Source of the DNA: Capsulimonadaceae bacterium
GTDB taxonomy: Bacteria > Armatimonadota > Armatimonadia > Armatimonadales > Capsulimonadaceae
Reading direction: 5' to 3'
Assembly (NCBI GenBank): GCA_965215505.1
Contig: OZ244065.1
Location: forward strand, 5,248,001-5,312,000
Length of the DNA stretch: 64,000 bases
In this document: positions 51,380 through 59,229 of the stretch, in pieces
How the letters are laid out: each line of letters starts with the position of its first letter
Position numbering within the stretch: the stretch's first letter is position 1
Made by a program: the position numbers and the translations under genes
Notes under the pieces: generated by a model
What the model was told of the DNA's origin: nothing
The model's input: the letters and a program-made list of their open reading frames with translations, nothing else
Database searches by the model: none

Positions 51380-52243
51380 TTATGCCGCCGCCTCCGCGTC
51401 CGCCTCGTCCACGGACTTCAGATAGACGATCGCGGGCGAAGTCCCCAGCTCTTCCAGCAGCCGGAACCGCCGCGAGTCGTTCCACAGCTTGGCGACCGTC
51501 CAGTCCGTCTTCGGGTCGAACTCCGGCTCGCCCTGCGCCTTCGGGCGGGTCTTGACGTTCCCGAAGGTGATCGCCTTGGGCGGGCAGGCCTGCGCGCAGG
51601 CGACTGTGAATTCGTCCGGCTCCAGCTCCCGGTCCTCCGCCCCCGCCTTCTCCTCGGCCCTCCGGATGCGCTGGACGCAGAAGGTACACTTCTCCATCAC
51701 ACCCTTCTCGCGCACGGTCACGTCCGGGTTCAAGTGCTGGTTCAGCGGCTCGTCCCACGAATGCTCGAACCAGTTGAACACGCGGACGTCATACGGGCAG
51801 TTGTTGCCGCAGTAGCGCGTCCCCACGCACCGGTTATAGACCATCGCGTTCAATCCTTCGGGATTGTGATAGGTCGCATAGACCGGGCAGACCGGCTCGC
51901 ACGGCGCATTGTCGCAGTGCTGGCAGGGGATCGGCATGAACCGGGCCTTGACGTTCGGGTATTTGCCCTCCCAGTAACGCTCGACGCGAATCCATTGGTG
52001 CAGCCGGCCCTGATGCGCCTGCTGCTCGCCGACGACCGGGATGTTGTTCTCCATGGCGCAGGCCGCCTCGCAGGCGTGGCAGCCCGTGCAGCGGTCCAGG
52101 TCAATGACCATGCCCCACTTGCGCGTGACGCGGCCGTCTTCATAATCCTGAATATACGGGGAAGCCTTGCGCTCCGAGGGGCCTTCGCCCGAGCTGCTCG
52201 GACCGCCGTTGCGCTCTTTCCCGAGTTCTGTTCCGTCCGGCAT
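51380..52243 (-). CDS. ACIII iron-sulfur subunit (ActB2, 4Fe-4S dicluster)
   Basis: WGMVIDLDRCTGCHAC..AC..EN, CQHC..APCEPVCP, CVGTRYCGNNCPY, MEKCTFC. Confidence 0.92.
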   Translation of the reverse strand: MPDGTELGKERNGGPSSSGEGPSERKASPYIQDYEDGRVTRKWGMVIDLDRCTGCHACEAACAMENNIPVVGEQQAHQGRLHQWIRVERYWEGKYPNVKARFMPIPCQHCDNAPCEPVCPVYATYHNPEGLNAMVYNRCVGTRYCGNNCPYDVRVFNWFEHSWDEPLNQHLNPDVTVREKGVMEKCTFCVQRIRRAEEKAGAEDRELEPDEFTVACAQACPPKAITFGNVKTRPKAQGEPEFDPKTDWTVAKLWNDSRRFRLLEELGTSPAIVYLKSVDEADAEAAA

Positions 52244-52260
52244 TTTCGACTGTCTTTCTA

Positions 52261-54729
52261 CTACTCGGCCGCCCCCGGCTCGCCGGGGTTCTCCACGGTG
52301 CCGGGCGCGCGCTTGAACATGGAGCCGTCTGCCTGCGGAGCGCCCAGGACCTGGGCCGGGGCCTTCTTCCACTCCTTGGCGGTCGTGTGGATCAGGTGCT
52401 TGACCGCATCCGGCTCCCCGCCACCCGGCCGGTCCTGCGCCAGCACCAGCGTCGAGCCGTGCGGATCATAGCCGCTCTTGGCGTCCGCCACCTTCTTCAA
52501 GGTCACGGTCGTCGCGCCGTAAGCCAGCGCGCCCGTTTGGACGTCCGCCGTCGGGTCCAGGATGGCGAGCGGGTTCTGCCCGCGCCCCGCCGCGTTGCGC
52601 CCGTAGACCTCGTGCCCCTGCCCGATCGGCATGGCGACCGCTTGGGGGTTGATGCCGGGGTAGGGGACGGCGGGGACATCCACCGACCCGTGCGCCGTCG
52701 TCAGCCGCACGATGTCGCCGGTACGGATGCCCAGGGAGTGCGCGACCTCCATGTTGATCTCCACCCAGGAGTTCCAGACCGCCATCGTCATCGGGTCCGG
52801 GTTTTCCTGCATCCACCCCAGGTTGGCATGCCGCCCGTCGTGGTTGTAGATGTTCGGGTACAGATGCAGCGCGAACGCCCCCGCTCCCCTCTGACTCCCC
52901 TCTCCCGGCACGGGGGAGGGGCGGGGGGTGGGGGCAGTCACAGCCCGCGTCGCCGCGCCCGTCGTCCAAGCCCCGCCCGTGGCGAGCGCTCCCACCCACG
53001 CCGGGTCGTTCTCGGTCGTGTCGGCGGCGAGGTCGGCCTGCCCGATGCCCGCCCACGTCCGCCGCACGGCGGCCCGCGTGTCGGCGTCCGTCAGAGTCTT
53101 GCCCATCCGGCCCGCGATGTCGGTCAGCAGTCCGCCCAAGGGCCGCGTGTCCATCCACGGCACGAATACCTGGTGGTCCTGCACCTGCCCGTGCCCGCCG
53201 ACGAACTGCGGGTCAATGATCGGCTGCCGCAGGGTCGCCAGGTGTACCCCCGCCGGGATGACCGGCGGGACGTGGTCCCCCCAATCCTCCAGGAACGTCC
53301 GCGTCGGAAGGACGACATCGGCATGGGCCGTCGTCTCGTCCTCGAAGGGCGTCATCGCCGCGACAAACGACACCTTCGCCAAAGCCTCGGTGAACCCCGT
53401 CGCCGTCGGCAGCGTGAACACCGGGTTCGGCTGGCCCAAAATCAGCAGCGCACCGACTTGCCCAGATTGCATGGCCTGTACCAACTGCTGAATGCCCTTG
53501 AAGCCGACCCCGTCCGTGCCGGCGGCAGCGGGCGCGGCGATCCCCGCCGTCCCGAACCCCACACACCGGCTCCCCACCTGCGCGTTCAATGCTTCAACCG
53601 CCGTAAACGCCGCCGTCGCATTGGCCGAATTCATCAATCCGTTGCCGGGGACTGCCACCGCGCGCGCCCCAGCCGTCCGCATCGCGTCCGCGATGCTCTG
53701 GATCTGCACCTCGGTCAATCCGGACGCCGACGCTGCCTGAGCCATGGGAACGCCCGCGCCGCCCAGCGCAGCCCCGACCGCTGACGCCACGACCGCCTCC
53801 GTGCCCGGATTGCAAGGCAGCCACACGTCCGCCTTCGCCGCCGTCATGCTCATGCGCGGGCCGACATAGACAAACCGCCCGTGTTCGCCCTGCGCCCGGC
53901 GCGGCCCCTGCCGGAAGTCGCCGAACAGGCGGTTGTAATAGACGGGCGAAGGCCACGCCTCCAGGAAGTCGCCGCCGAACGAGACGATCAGGTCCGCCTC
54001 GTCGAGCTGATAGGCCGGCACCTGGTCGCGCCCGTAGACCGACCGCGAGGCAGCCCGCCAGGGGGCGTCGTCCAGCAGCGAATAGGTAAAGACAGTCGCG
54101 CCAATCACCCCGGCGAACTCCCGGATCAGACGCATCTGCGTCGGGGAATGGCCGAACTCCTGCGCGTCGGCCAAAATGGCGACCCGGCCCGACGCGCCTC
54201 GCAGGCCCTTAACGACCCGGCCCAGGGCCGGCTCCCACTCAGACTGTGTGGCCGAGACTTCGGTGATCTTCGCGCGACCGTCCGGCGGGTTGGCGTCCTT
54301 GTCCCGGTCCCGCGTGAACGTCGCGCCCCGCCGGTCGTGCAGGGCGGGGACGCGCAGCCGGTCCGGGTTGTACAGGTGCTGCAAGGCCGTCTGGCCCCGC
54401 GCACAGGAGCCGCCCCGGCTGACCGGGTGGGCGGGGTTGCCCTCGACTTTGAGCGCCCGCCCGCTCATCGTCCGGACCAGGAGGCCGCACCCCGCTGGAC
54501 ACATCTGGCAGACCGTGGCGAAGTACTGCGGCACGCCGTCCTGGTAGCCGTCGGGCTGGTTCAGGTAGGGGTAGACGCGGTTGTCATAGCCCCCGTACTG
54601 GCCGGTGACCTCCGCCCGGTAGAGGCCGGGGTTGTAGCGGCTCAGGGGACGGACTTCGCAGCCGGAGGCGGCGACCGCGCCGCCGACCACGGTGAGCTGT
54701 ATGAATTTGCGCCGACTGATCTCGGTCAT
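52261..54729 (-). CDS. ACIII molybdopterin-oxidoreductase-like subunit (ActB1)
   Basis: Tat signal SRRKFI and lipobox ASGC; CQMCPAGC, KVEGNP.HP, DGRHAN.GWMQE.PDP. Confidence 0.88.
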   Translation of the reverse strand: MTEISRRKFIQLTVVGGAVAASGCEVRPLSRYNPGLYRAEVTGQYGGYDNRVYPYLNQPDGYQDGVPQYFATVCQMCPAGCGLLVRTMSGRALKVEGNPAHPVSRGGSCARGQTALQHLYNPDRLRVPALHDRRGATFTRDRDKDANPPDGRAKITEVSATQSEWEPALGRVVKGLRGASGRVAILADAQEFGHSPTQMRLIREFAGVIGATVFTYSLLDDAPWRAASRSVYGRDQVPAYQLDEADLIVSFGGDFLEAWPSPVYYNRLFGDFRQGPRRAQGEHGRFVYVGPRMSMTAAKADVWLPCNPGTEAVVASAVGAALGGAGVPMAQAASASGLTEVQIQSIADAMRTAGARAVAVPGNGLMNSANATAAFTAVEALNAQVGSRCVGFGTAGIAAPAAAGTDGVGFKGIQQLVQAMQSGQVGALLILGQPNPVFTLPTATGFTEALAKVSFVAAMTPFEDETTAHADVVLPTRTFLEDWGDHVPPVIPAGVHLATLRQPIIDPQFVGGHGQVQDHQVFVPWMDTRPLGGLLTDIAGRMGKTLTDADTRAAVRRTWAGIGQADLAADTTENDPAWVGALATGGAWTTGAATRAVTAPTPRPSPVPGEGSQRGAGAFALHLYPNIYNHDGRHANLGWMQENPDPMTMAVWNSWVEINMEVAHSLGIRTGDIVRLTTAHGSVDVPAVPYPGINPQAVAMPIGQGHEVYGRNAAGRGQNPLAILDPTADVQTGALAYGATTVTLKKVADAKSGYDPHGSTLVLAQDRPGGGEPDAVKHLIHTTAKEWKKAPAQVLGAPQADGSMFKRAPGTVENPGEPGAAE
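52895..52934. repeat. REP-like palindrome located in frame within actB1
   Basis: CTCCCCTCTCCCG-gca-CGGGGGAGGGGCGGGGGGTGGGGG, near-identical to 4907-4948. Confidence 0.8.
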
Positions 54730-54756
54730 AGGGTGGAAGCTCTTCTAAAGACTCGC

Positions 54757-55317
54757 CTAATAGTGGCAGGTATAGCAGTCAACGGACGCCTGATACGGCT
54801 GGAACTTCTTCTCGTACTGCCGGTGGCAGGAGATGCACCAGCCCATGTTCATCTCAATCGGCTGGTAGACGACATACATGCTGCCGACGTTGCCGTGGCA
54901 GGTGGCGCAGGCGATGCCCGCGCCGACATGGGCGGAGTGGACGAAGTGGACGTAGCCCGGCTGCTGGTTGACCCGCACCCAGGGGACCGGCTGCTGGGCG
55001 ATGTAGTACTGCCGGATTCGCGCGATCTGCGGGTGCGTGATGGAGATGTTCTTGTGGCAGCCCCAGCAGACCTCGATGGGCGGGTAGTTGGCGTAGCGCG
55101 AAGCCGCCGCCGTCCAGTGGCAGTAGGCGCACGGAATGTGCAGCTCGTTGACGTGGACGCGGTGGTAGAACGCGACGGGCTGGGTCGGGCCGGGCGAGCC
55201 GATCCAGTTGGTCTTGCGCTCGTGCGTCGTTTCCGGCCAGAAGAAGGCGAGACTGAGCAGTGCCAGCAGGAGAACGCTGGCAACGGAAAAGAGGCGGATG
55301 AAAACGGGGCGGGTCAC
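54757..55317 (-). CDS. actA: ACIII pentaheme cytochrome c
   Basis: N-terminal TM; QPVAFYH..H; five CxxCH (CAYCH, CWGCH, CATCH, CISCH, CYTCH). Confidence 0.92.
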   Translation of the reverse strand: MTRPVFIRLFSVASVLLLALLSLAFFWPETTHERKTNWIGSPGPTQPVAFYHRVHVNELHIPCAYCHWTAAASRYANYPPIEVCWGCHKNISITHPQIARIRQYYIAQQPVPWVRVNQQPGYVHFVHSAHVGAGIACATCHGNVGSMYVVYQPIEMNMGWCISCHRQYEKKFQPYQASVDCYTCHY

Positions 55318-55472
55318 TCCAAGTGGTCCCTTTTCTAAGAAGGCTCGCGAAAGACGGAGAGAAGGTCGAAGCGAAGGTTACAAATCACGACGGACCATGA
55401 TGGATCGCGTCGGTGTTATCTACCCGGCCCTGCCGGGGCATCAAACTCTCTCGCTTTCTAGTTTACCTGAGT

Positions 55473-55509
55473 TTGTGAAAGTTTGCACATTCTTTTTTTG
55501 TGGTATAAT
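55473..55509. promoter_or_regulatory. Rex/CRP-FNR-like operator next to an extended -10 promoter
   Basis: TTGTGAA-agtt-TGCACAT at 55473-55490; TGGTATAAT at 55501-55509. Confidence 0.6.
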
Positions 55510-55518
55510 CTCGCCGTT

Positions 55519-55833
55519 ATGGACCCAACCCCAACCCAGTTCATCGCCCTCTGCGCGATCTTCATCGGCGTCCACGTCGTCGCCCTGCCCGCCTTCGTCT
55601 GGGCCGTGCGGCGCGGACAGTTCCGCGGCCGGGAGCAGCGCGAATGGCACCTGGACGACTCGGACACCCTGACCGCACCGCCCGGCCTGTCCCCGCGCAA
55701 CGCCGTCAAGGCGCGCTGGATGGTCGGCGTACTCGGCACACTCGGCGTCCTGATGATCGCCTCGGTCTTCCTGGTGATGTTCGTCGCTCTGAACGCGACC
55801 GCCCACCCAGCGACCGGCAAGTGCCCCTTCTGA
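55519..55833 (+). CDS. CcoS-like (cbb3 oxidase maturation) membrane protein with extra TM helix
   Basis: AFVWAVRRGQF motif. Confidence 0.6.
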   Translation: MDPTPTQFIALCAIFIGVHVVALPAFVWAVRRGQFRGREQREWHLDDSDTLTAPPGLSPRNAVKARWMVGVLGTLGVLMIASVFLVMFVALNATAHPATGKCPF

Positions 55834-55854
55834 GGGCTTAGAAGAGGAGACGCC

Positions 55855-56130
55855 ATGGCAATCATGCAGGGTGGAGACACCTTCTTCTGGTTCTGGATCA
55901 CGGCCCTGACCACAGTCGGCGCGGTCCTGGCCGTCTGGTATTATGTCATCGTCGGCCGCGACCGCAAGCCGCGCAAGCAGCGGCGCGGCGAGGAGACCCT
56001 GGAGCGGTTCGGGAGCATCGAGGAGGACCGCGCGCCCATCCCCAAGTTCCTGATCTGGACCTACTTCGGCGTCGGCCTGTGGGCATTGGGCTACATCCTC
56101 TGGACGGGCATTGAAGGGATCGGTATGTAA
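55855..56130 (+). CDS. Small membrane protein resembling the CcoP N-terminal domain
   Basis: GSIEEDRAPIPKFLIWTYFG...ALGY resembles GIEEYDNPLP.WW; no heme motif; RBS GAGGAG. Confidence 0.6.
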   Translation: MAIMQGGDTFFWFWITALTTVGAVLAVWYYVIVGRDRKPRKQRRGEETLERFGSIEEDRAPIPKFLIWTYFGVGLWALGYILWTGIEGIGM

Positions 56131-56735
56131 TGGCTGGTTTCGCCGCCGCGCTTCAGTCCTTCCGGCACCTCCTCGCCCCGCCCGCCCGCCCGAACCGCCT
56201 CCTAGCAAAGCGCCGGGTGCGCCTGTTCGCCGCCGCCGGCGCGGGGTCTGCGGGCGGTTTCGTCCTGCTCGCCGTCTATTACGCCACCCTGGGCCTCCTG
56301 CCCTCCGCCTTCGCCTACCCGACGACCGAGTACCCCGTCTCCGCCTGGGCGCACCGGCTCGACCTGGCGCAGTTCGCCGGGACGTTCCTGTACCCGCCCC
56401 TCCCGTCCCCGCTGACCTGGTGGCTCGGGCTGGTCGTCTTGTTCGGGACCTTCACCGCCCTGGGCGTGGTTTACGCGATCCTGCTGACCTGGACCTTGCA
56501 GACCTCTGACATCAAGAAGGGATTGGGCCTCGGCTTTGCCCTCTTTTTCGGGCTTGCCGCGACGCTCTCGATCGCCAACGGCGTCCACCCGGCAATCATG
56601 CGGAACACGCTCCCCGACACCGGCGTCTTCCTGATCGGCTGGTCGTCCCTCGCGACCCTGCAACTGCTTCTCGTCCATCTGCTCTACGGGGCGACCGTCG
56701 GCGTACTCTATCAGCGCTTCTCCGAACGCAGCTAA
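56130..56735 (+). CDS. Multi-pass membrane hypothetical protein
   Basis: About four TM helices, HLLYGATVG; TAATG coupling to the previous gene. Confidence 0.75.
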   Translation: MAGFAAALQSFRHLLAPPARPNRLLAKRRVRLFAAAGAGSAGGFVLLAVYYATLGLLPSAFAYPTTEYPVSAWAHRLDLAQFAGTFLYPPLPSPLTWWLGLVVLFGTFTALGVVYAILLTWTLQTSDIKKGLGLGFALFFGLAATLSIANGVHPAIMRNTLPDTGVFLIGWSSLATLQLLLVHLLYGATVGVLYQRFSERS

Positions 56736-56767
56736 GACCGCCGGAAACAGAAAAGCGGGAAACAGAA

Positions 56768-56801
56768 AAGCGGGCCGGGTCCAATTGGACCCGGCCCGCT
56801 T
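56768..56801. terminator. Perfect 34-bp palindrome; terminator for the minus-strand RRM gene
   Basis: AAGCGGGCCGGGTCCAATTGGACCCGGCCCGCTT, preceded by a duplicated GAAACAGAAAAGCGG. Confidence 0.8.
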
Positions 56802-56815
56802 CCTTGTGTGAGCGA

Positions 56816-57247
56816 CTAGTACCGGTCGCTGCCGCCGCCGCGACCGCCACGGCCACCGCCGCCGCCGCCGTAGCCGCCACCGCCGCCGCCGTAGCCGCCG
56901 CTGTCACGGCCGCCGCCGCCGCCGCCGCCGTAGCTGCCGCCGCCACCGCCGCCGCCGTAACCGCCGCCGCCGCCACGGCTGCCGCCGCCGCCACCGCCCT
57001 CACGCGGGCGGGACTCGTTGACGACGAGGGCGCGGCCCCCGACGTTGCGACCGTTGATGGCCGCGATGGCCTGCTGGGCCTCGTCTTCGCTCGCCATCTC
57101 GACGAAGCCGAAGCCGCGGGCCTGGCCGGTATAGCGGTCGGTGACCACCTGGGCGCTGGAGACGTTGCCCGCCTCGGAGAACAGGTCATGGAGCTGCTGG
57201 TCGGTCATCTGATAGCTCAGGTTGCCGACGTAGAGTTTGGTTGCCAT
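56816..57247 (-). CDS. RNA-binding protein (RRM) with Gly-rich tail, paralog of 11351
   Basis: LYVGNL, RGFGFVEM, long GGGGY tail. Confidence 0.96.
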   Translation of the reverse strand: MATKLYVGNLSYQMTDQQLHDLFSEAGNVSSAQVVTDRYTGQARGFGFVEMASEDEAQQAIAAINGRNVGGRALVVNESRPREGGGGGGSRGGGGGYGGGGGGGSYGGGGGGGRDSGGYGGGGGGYGGGGGGRGGRGGGSDRY

Positions 57248-57497
57248 TCTAAGTAATGGTCCCTTTCGGTGTGTGACGCGCTCCCCGAAGACATCCGGAA
57301 GCTGAGATCAAATTGCCTTCTTCTCGTCGTTTCTCGTCGTAGAACAGCCAACATTTCGGAGGTCTCGGACACGTCGGCAACACCGAAGGAACCGGAGCGA
57401 CACGGAAGCGGGCAGCGGACCGAATGCGAAAATGGAAGGCCACCGGGACTTTTCCCGGCATCGGTGTCATTATACCACGCCTCACATGTAAGCGCAA
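57248..57497 (-). promoter_or_regulatory. Sigma70 promoter and ~215-nt 5' leader of RRM gene 2
   Basis: TTGCGC-17 nt-TATAAT (57497-57469); blocks shared with 11172-11350. Confidence 0.65.
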
Positions 57498-57551
57498 ACA
57501 TTATTTGCCCCAATCTTTTGCCGCGCCAGGCTGATTCTGCCCTTCCCGCTC

Positions 57552-57581
57552 TTGACAACGCCCCGCCCGATACGGTAACAT
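57552..57581 (+). promoter_or_regulatory. Sigma70 promoter for tRNA-Thr/Tyr
   Basis: TTGACA-18 nt-TAACAT. Confidence 0.65.
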
Positions 57582-57606
57582 ATTCGGGCGTTTCGTCAAT
57601 GCACGG

Positions 57607-57680
57607 GCCGGGATAGCTCAGTTGGCCAGAGCGGCTGTTTTGTAAACAGCGGGTCGCGGGTTCGAATCCTGTTCCCGGCT
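57607..57680 (+). tRNA. tRNA-Thr(TGT)
   Basis: Acceptor GCCGGGA/TCCCGGC, anticodon arm GCTGT-TT-TGT-AA-ACAGC, TTCGAAT loop; no encoded CCA. Confidence 0.95.
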
Positions 57681-57705
57681 TGACATAGTTTCGCAACAAA
57701 AGCAT

Positions 57706-57788
57706 GGGTCGGTGTCCGAGTGGTTAAAGGAGGCGGTCTGTAAAATCGTCGGCGCAAGCCTACACAAGTTCGAAACTTGTCCGGCCCA
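57706..57788 (+). tRNA. tRNA-Tyr(GTA)
   Basis: Acceptor GGGTCGG/CCGGCCC, CT-GTA-AA loop, long variable arm, TTCGAAA loop. Confidence 0.95.
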
Positions 57789-57797
57789 TCAAAACCG

Positions 57798-57833
57798 CGC
57801 CCGCGCTTCAATCCCAAGAAGCGCGGGCGTTTT
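57798..57833 (+). terminator. Intrinsic terminator
   Basis: CGCCCGCGCTTC-N8-GAAGCGCGGGCG followed by TTTT. Confidence 0.85.
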
Positions 57834-57856
57834 GTTGTTCCGTCCCCGCACGGCCC

Positions 57857-57885
57857 TTGACAAACGCCGCACTTTTCAGTATAAT
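57857..57885 (+). promoter_or_regulatory. Consensus sigma70 promoter for tRNA-Thr(GGT)
   Basis: TTGACA-17 nt-TATAAT. Confidence 0.9.
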
Positions 57886-57920
57886 CATGCCTCCGGTCAA
57901 GGCAGACTGCTCCCTTTCCC

Positions 57921-57992
57921 GCCCACTTAGCTCAGTGGTAGAGCACTTCTTTGGTAAAGAAGAGGTCAAGGGTCCGATTCCCTTAGTGGGCT
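57921..57992 (+). tRNA. tRNA-Thr(GGT)
   Basis: Acceptor GCCCACT/AGTGGGC, CTTCT-TT-GGT-AA-AGAAG; T-loop TCCGATT. Confidence 0.93.
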
Positions 57993-58013
57993 GTATCCCA
58001 GCCGTTTTGCCCG

Positions 58014-58050
58014 GAAAGCGCCCCAGATTTTAGATCTGGGGCGCTTTCTT
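58014..58050 (+). terminator. Intrinsic terminator
   Basis: GAAAGCGCCCCAGAT-N5-ATCTGGGGCGCTTTC followed by TT. Confidence 0.85.
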
Positions 58051-58125
58051 GTGTTTCGTCAGGCAGGAGGAGACGGGGGCGAGTCCGTTGAACTACCGCG
58101 TGGCAAGCGTGAGCCACTTTAGAAA

Positions 58126-58674
58126 GTGATCGCCAGGAAGCAACCCATGACCGCACCCTTGCCGCCAGACCCGATGCCGCTCACCGAAACCTGGGCGCGG
58201 GCGGCCCGTGAACTGGAATTGAGGCTCGCCATCGCCGACCGTGATGAGCGAACAGGCCCCTACCTTGAGCTGATGCGGAACCTGCGCCCTCTCGTGGATT
58301 TGACGCAGCAGATCGCCGCCACCAAGTACGCGCAGTCCTACCGGGCGGGAACGTCTCTGCGGGAGACGCTCATGATCTCCACCGCAGCGCAGCATCGCTT
58401 GGAACCCGACGAGCCTTACATCACGGTCAGCATCGAGCGCACTGCACGCGGCACGTTCGGCCTGTGCATTCTGTACTATGGGGGCCGGGAGGCAAGTGAA
58501 AGCCTCCAGGCGCTTGTTAAGACCTATGGCACTGATGACCACCAGATGATCGAGAAGAACCTCCGGCGGGACCTGACGAAATTCTACTACCCCTGCGAAT
58601 GTGCCGACGCTTGGGATACTTTGCAGCCCCTGATGGTGCGGCTCTGGAACGAGACGCACCCGTGGTTCGGCTGA
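58126..58674 (+). CDS. Hypothetical protein; start may be ATG 58148
   Basis: 182-aa ORF with protein-like composition. Confidence 0.6.
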   Translation: MIARKQPMTAPLPPDPMPLTETWARAARELELRLAIADRDERTGPYLELMRNLRPLVDLTQQIAATKYAQSYRAGTSLRETLMISTAAQHRLEPDEPYITVSIERTARGTFGLCILYYGGREASESLQALVKTYGTDDHQMIEKNLRRDLTKFYYPCECADAWDTLQPLMVRLWNETHPWFG

Positions 58675-58734
58675 TGAAAAGGAGCGAAGTAGGCAGTGGG
58701 TAGCGGGAGGGCCTGAGAGGTCAAAGGGTTAGTC

Positions 58735-59223
58735 GTGTTCAACGAAGATGTTCCTCCGCTCGAGCGCGTCTACCGGGGCGGGCGGATCAGTCTTCTTGTT
58801 CTCGACCGCGCTCAGATCGCTGACCTCGCACCCGAGGTGCCTTACCTCGTCATCTCCGTGACCGACCCGGATCGGCCGGACGCCTCGCTTCAGGCGACTT
58901 CGCTCCTGCGGGCCGTTCTGCGGCTCAGGTTCCACGACAACGCGCCGACGGTGGACATACCGGGGCTAGAGGGTTTTCCGATCGGCGCGGAGGCGGAAGC
59001 ACGGATGACGAGGGAGGATGCTCAGGCGACTCTTGCCTTCGTCCGAGAACATCTCGATACGGTGGAACTGATCGTCTGCCAGTGCGAGGCAGCGGTCAGC
59101 CGTTCGGCGGGAATCGCGGCGGCTCTATCGCGCATCCTCCAGGGCGATGACGGTTTCTTCTTCGCCAACTACTGGCCCAACAAGTGGGTCTACCGCGCCA
59201 TTCTGGACGCATCGGTACAATAG
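58735..59223 (+). CDS. Predicted protein-tyrosine/dual-specificity phosphatase-like protein
   Basis: VISVTDP, LRLRFHD, CEAAVSRS (Cx5R), PNKWVY. Confidence 0.8.
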   Translation: MFNEDVPPLERVYRGGRISLLVLDRAQIADLAPEVPYLVISVTDPDRPDASLQATSLLRAVLRLRFHDNAPTVDIPGLEGFPIGAEAEARMTREDAQATLAFVREHLDTVELIVCQCEAAVSRSAGIAAALSRILQGDDGFFFANYWPNKWVYRAILDASVQ

Positions 59224-59229
59224 TGCCTG

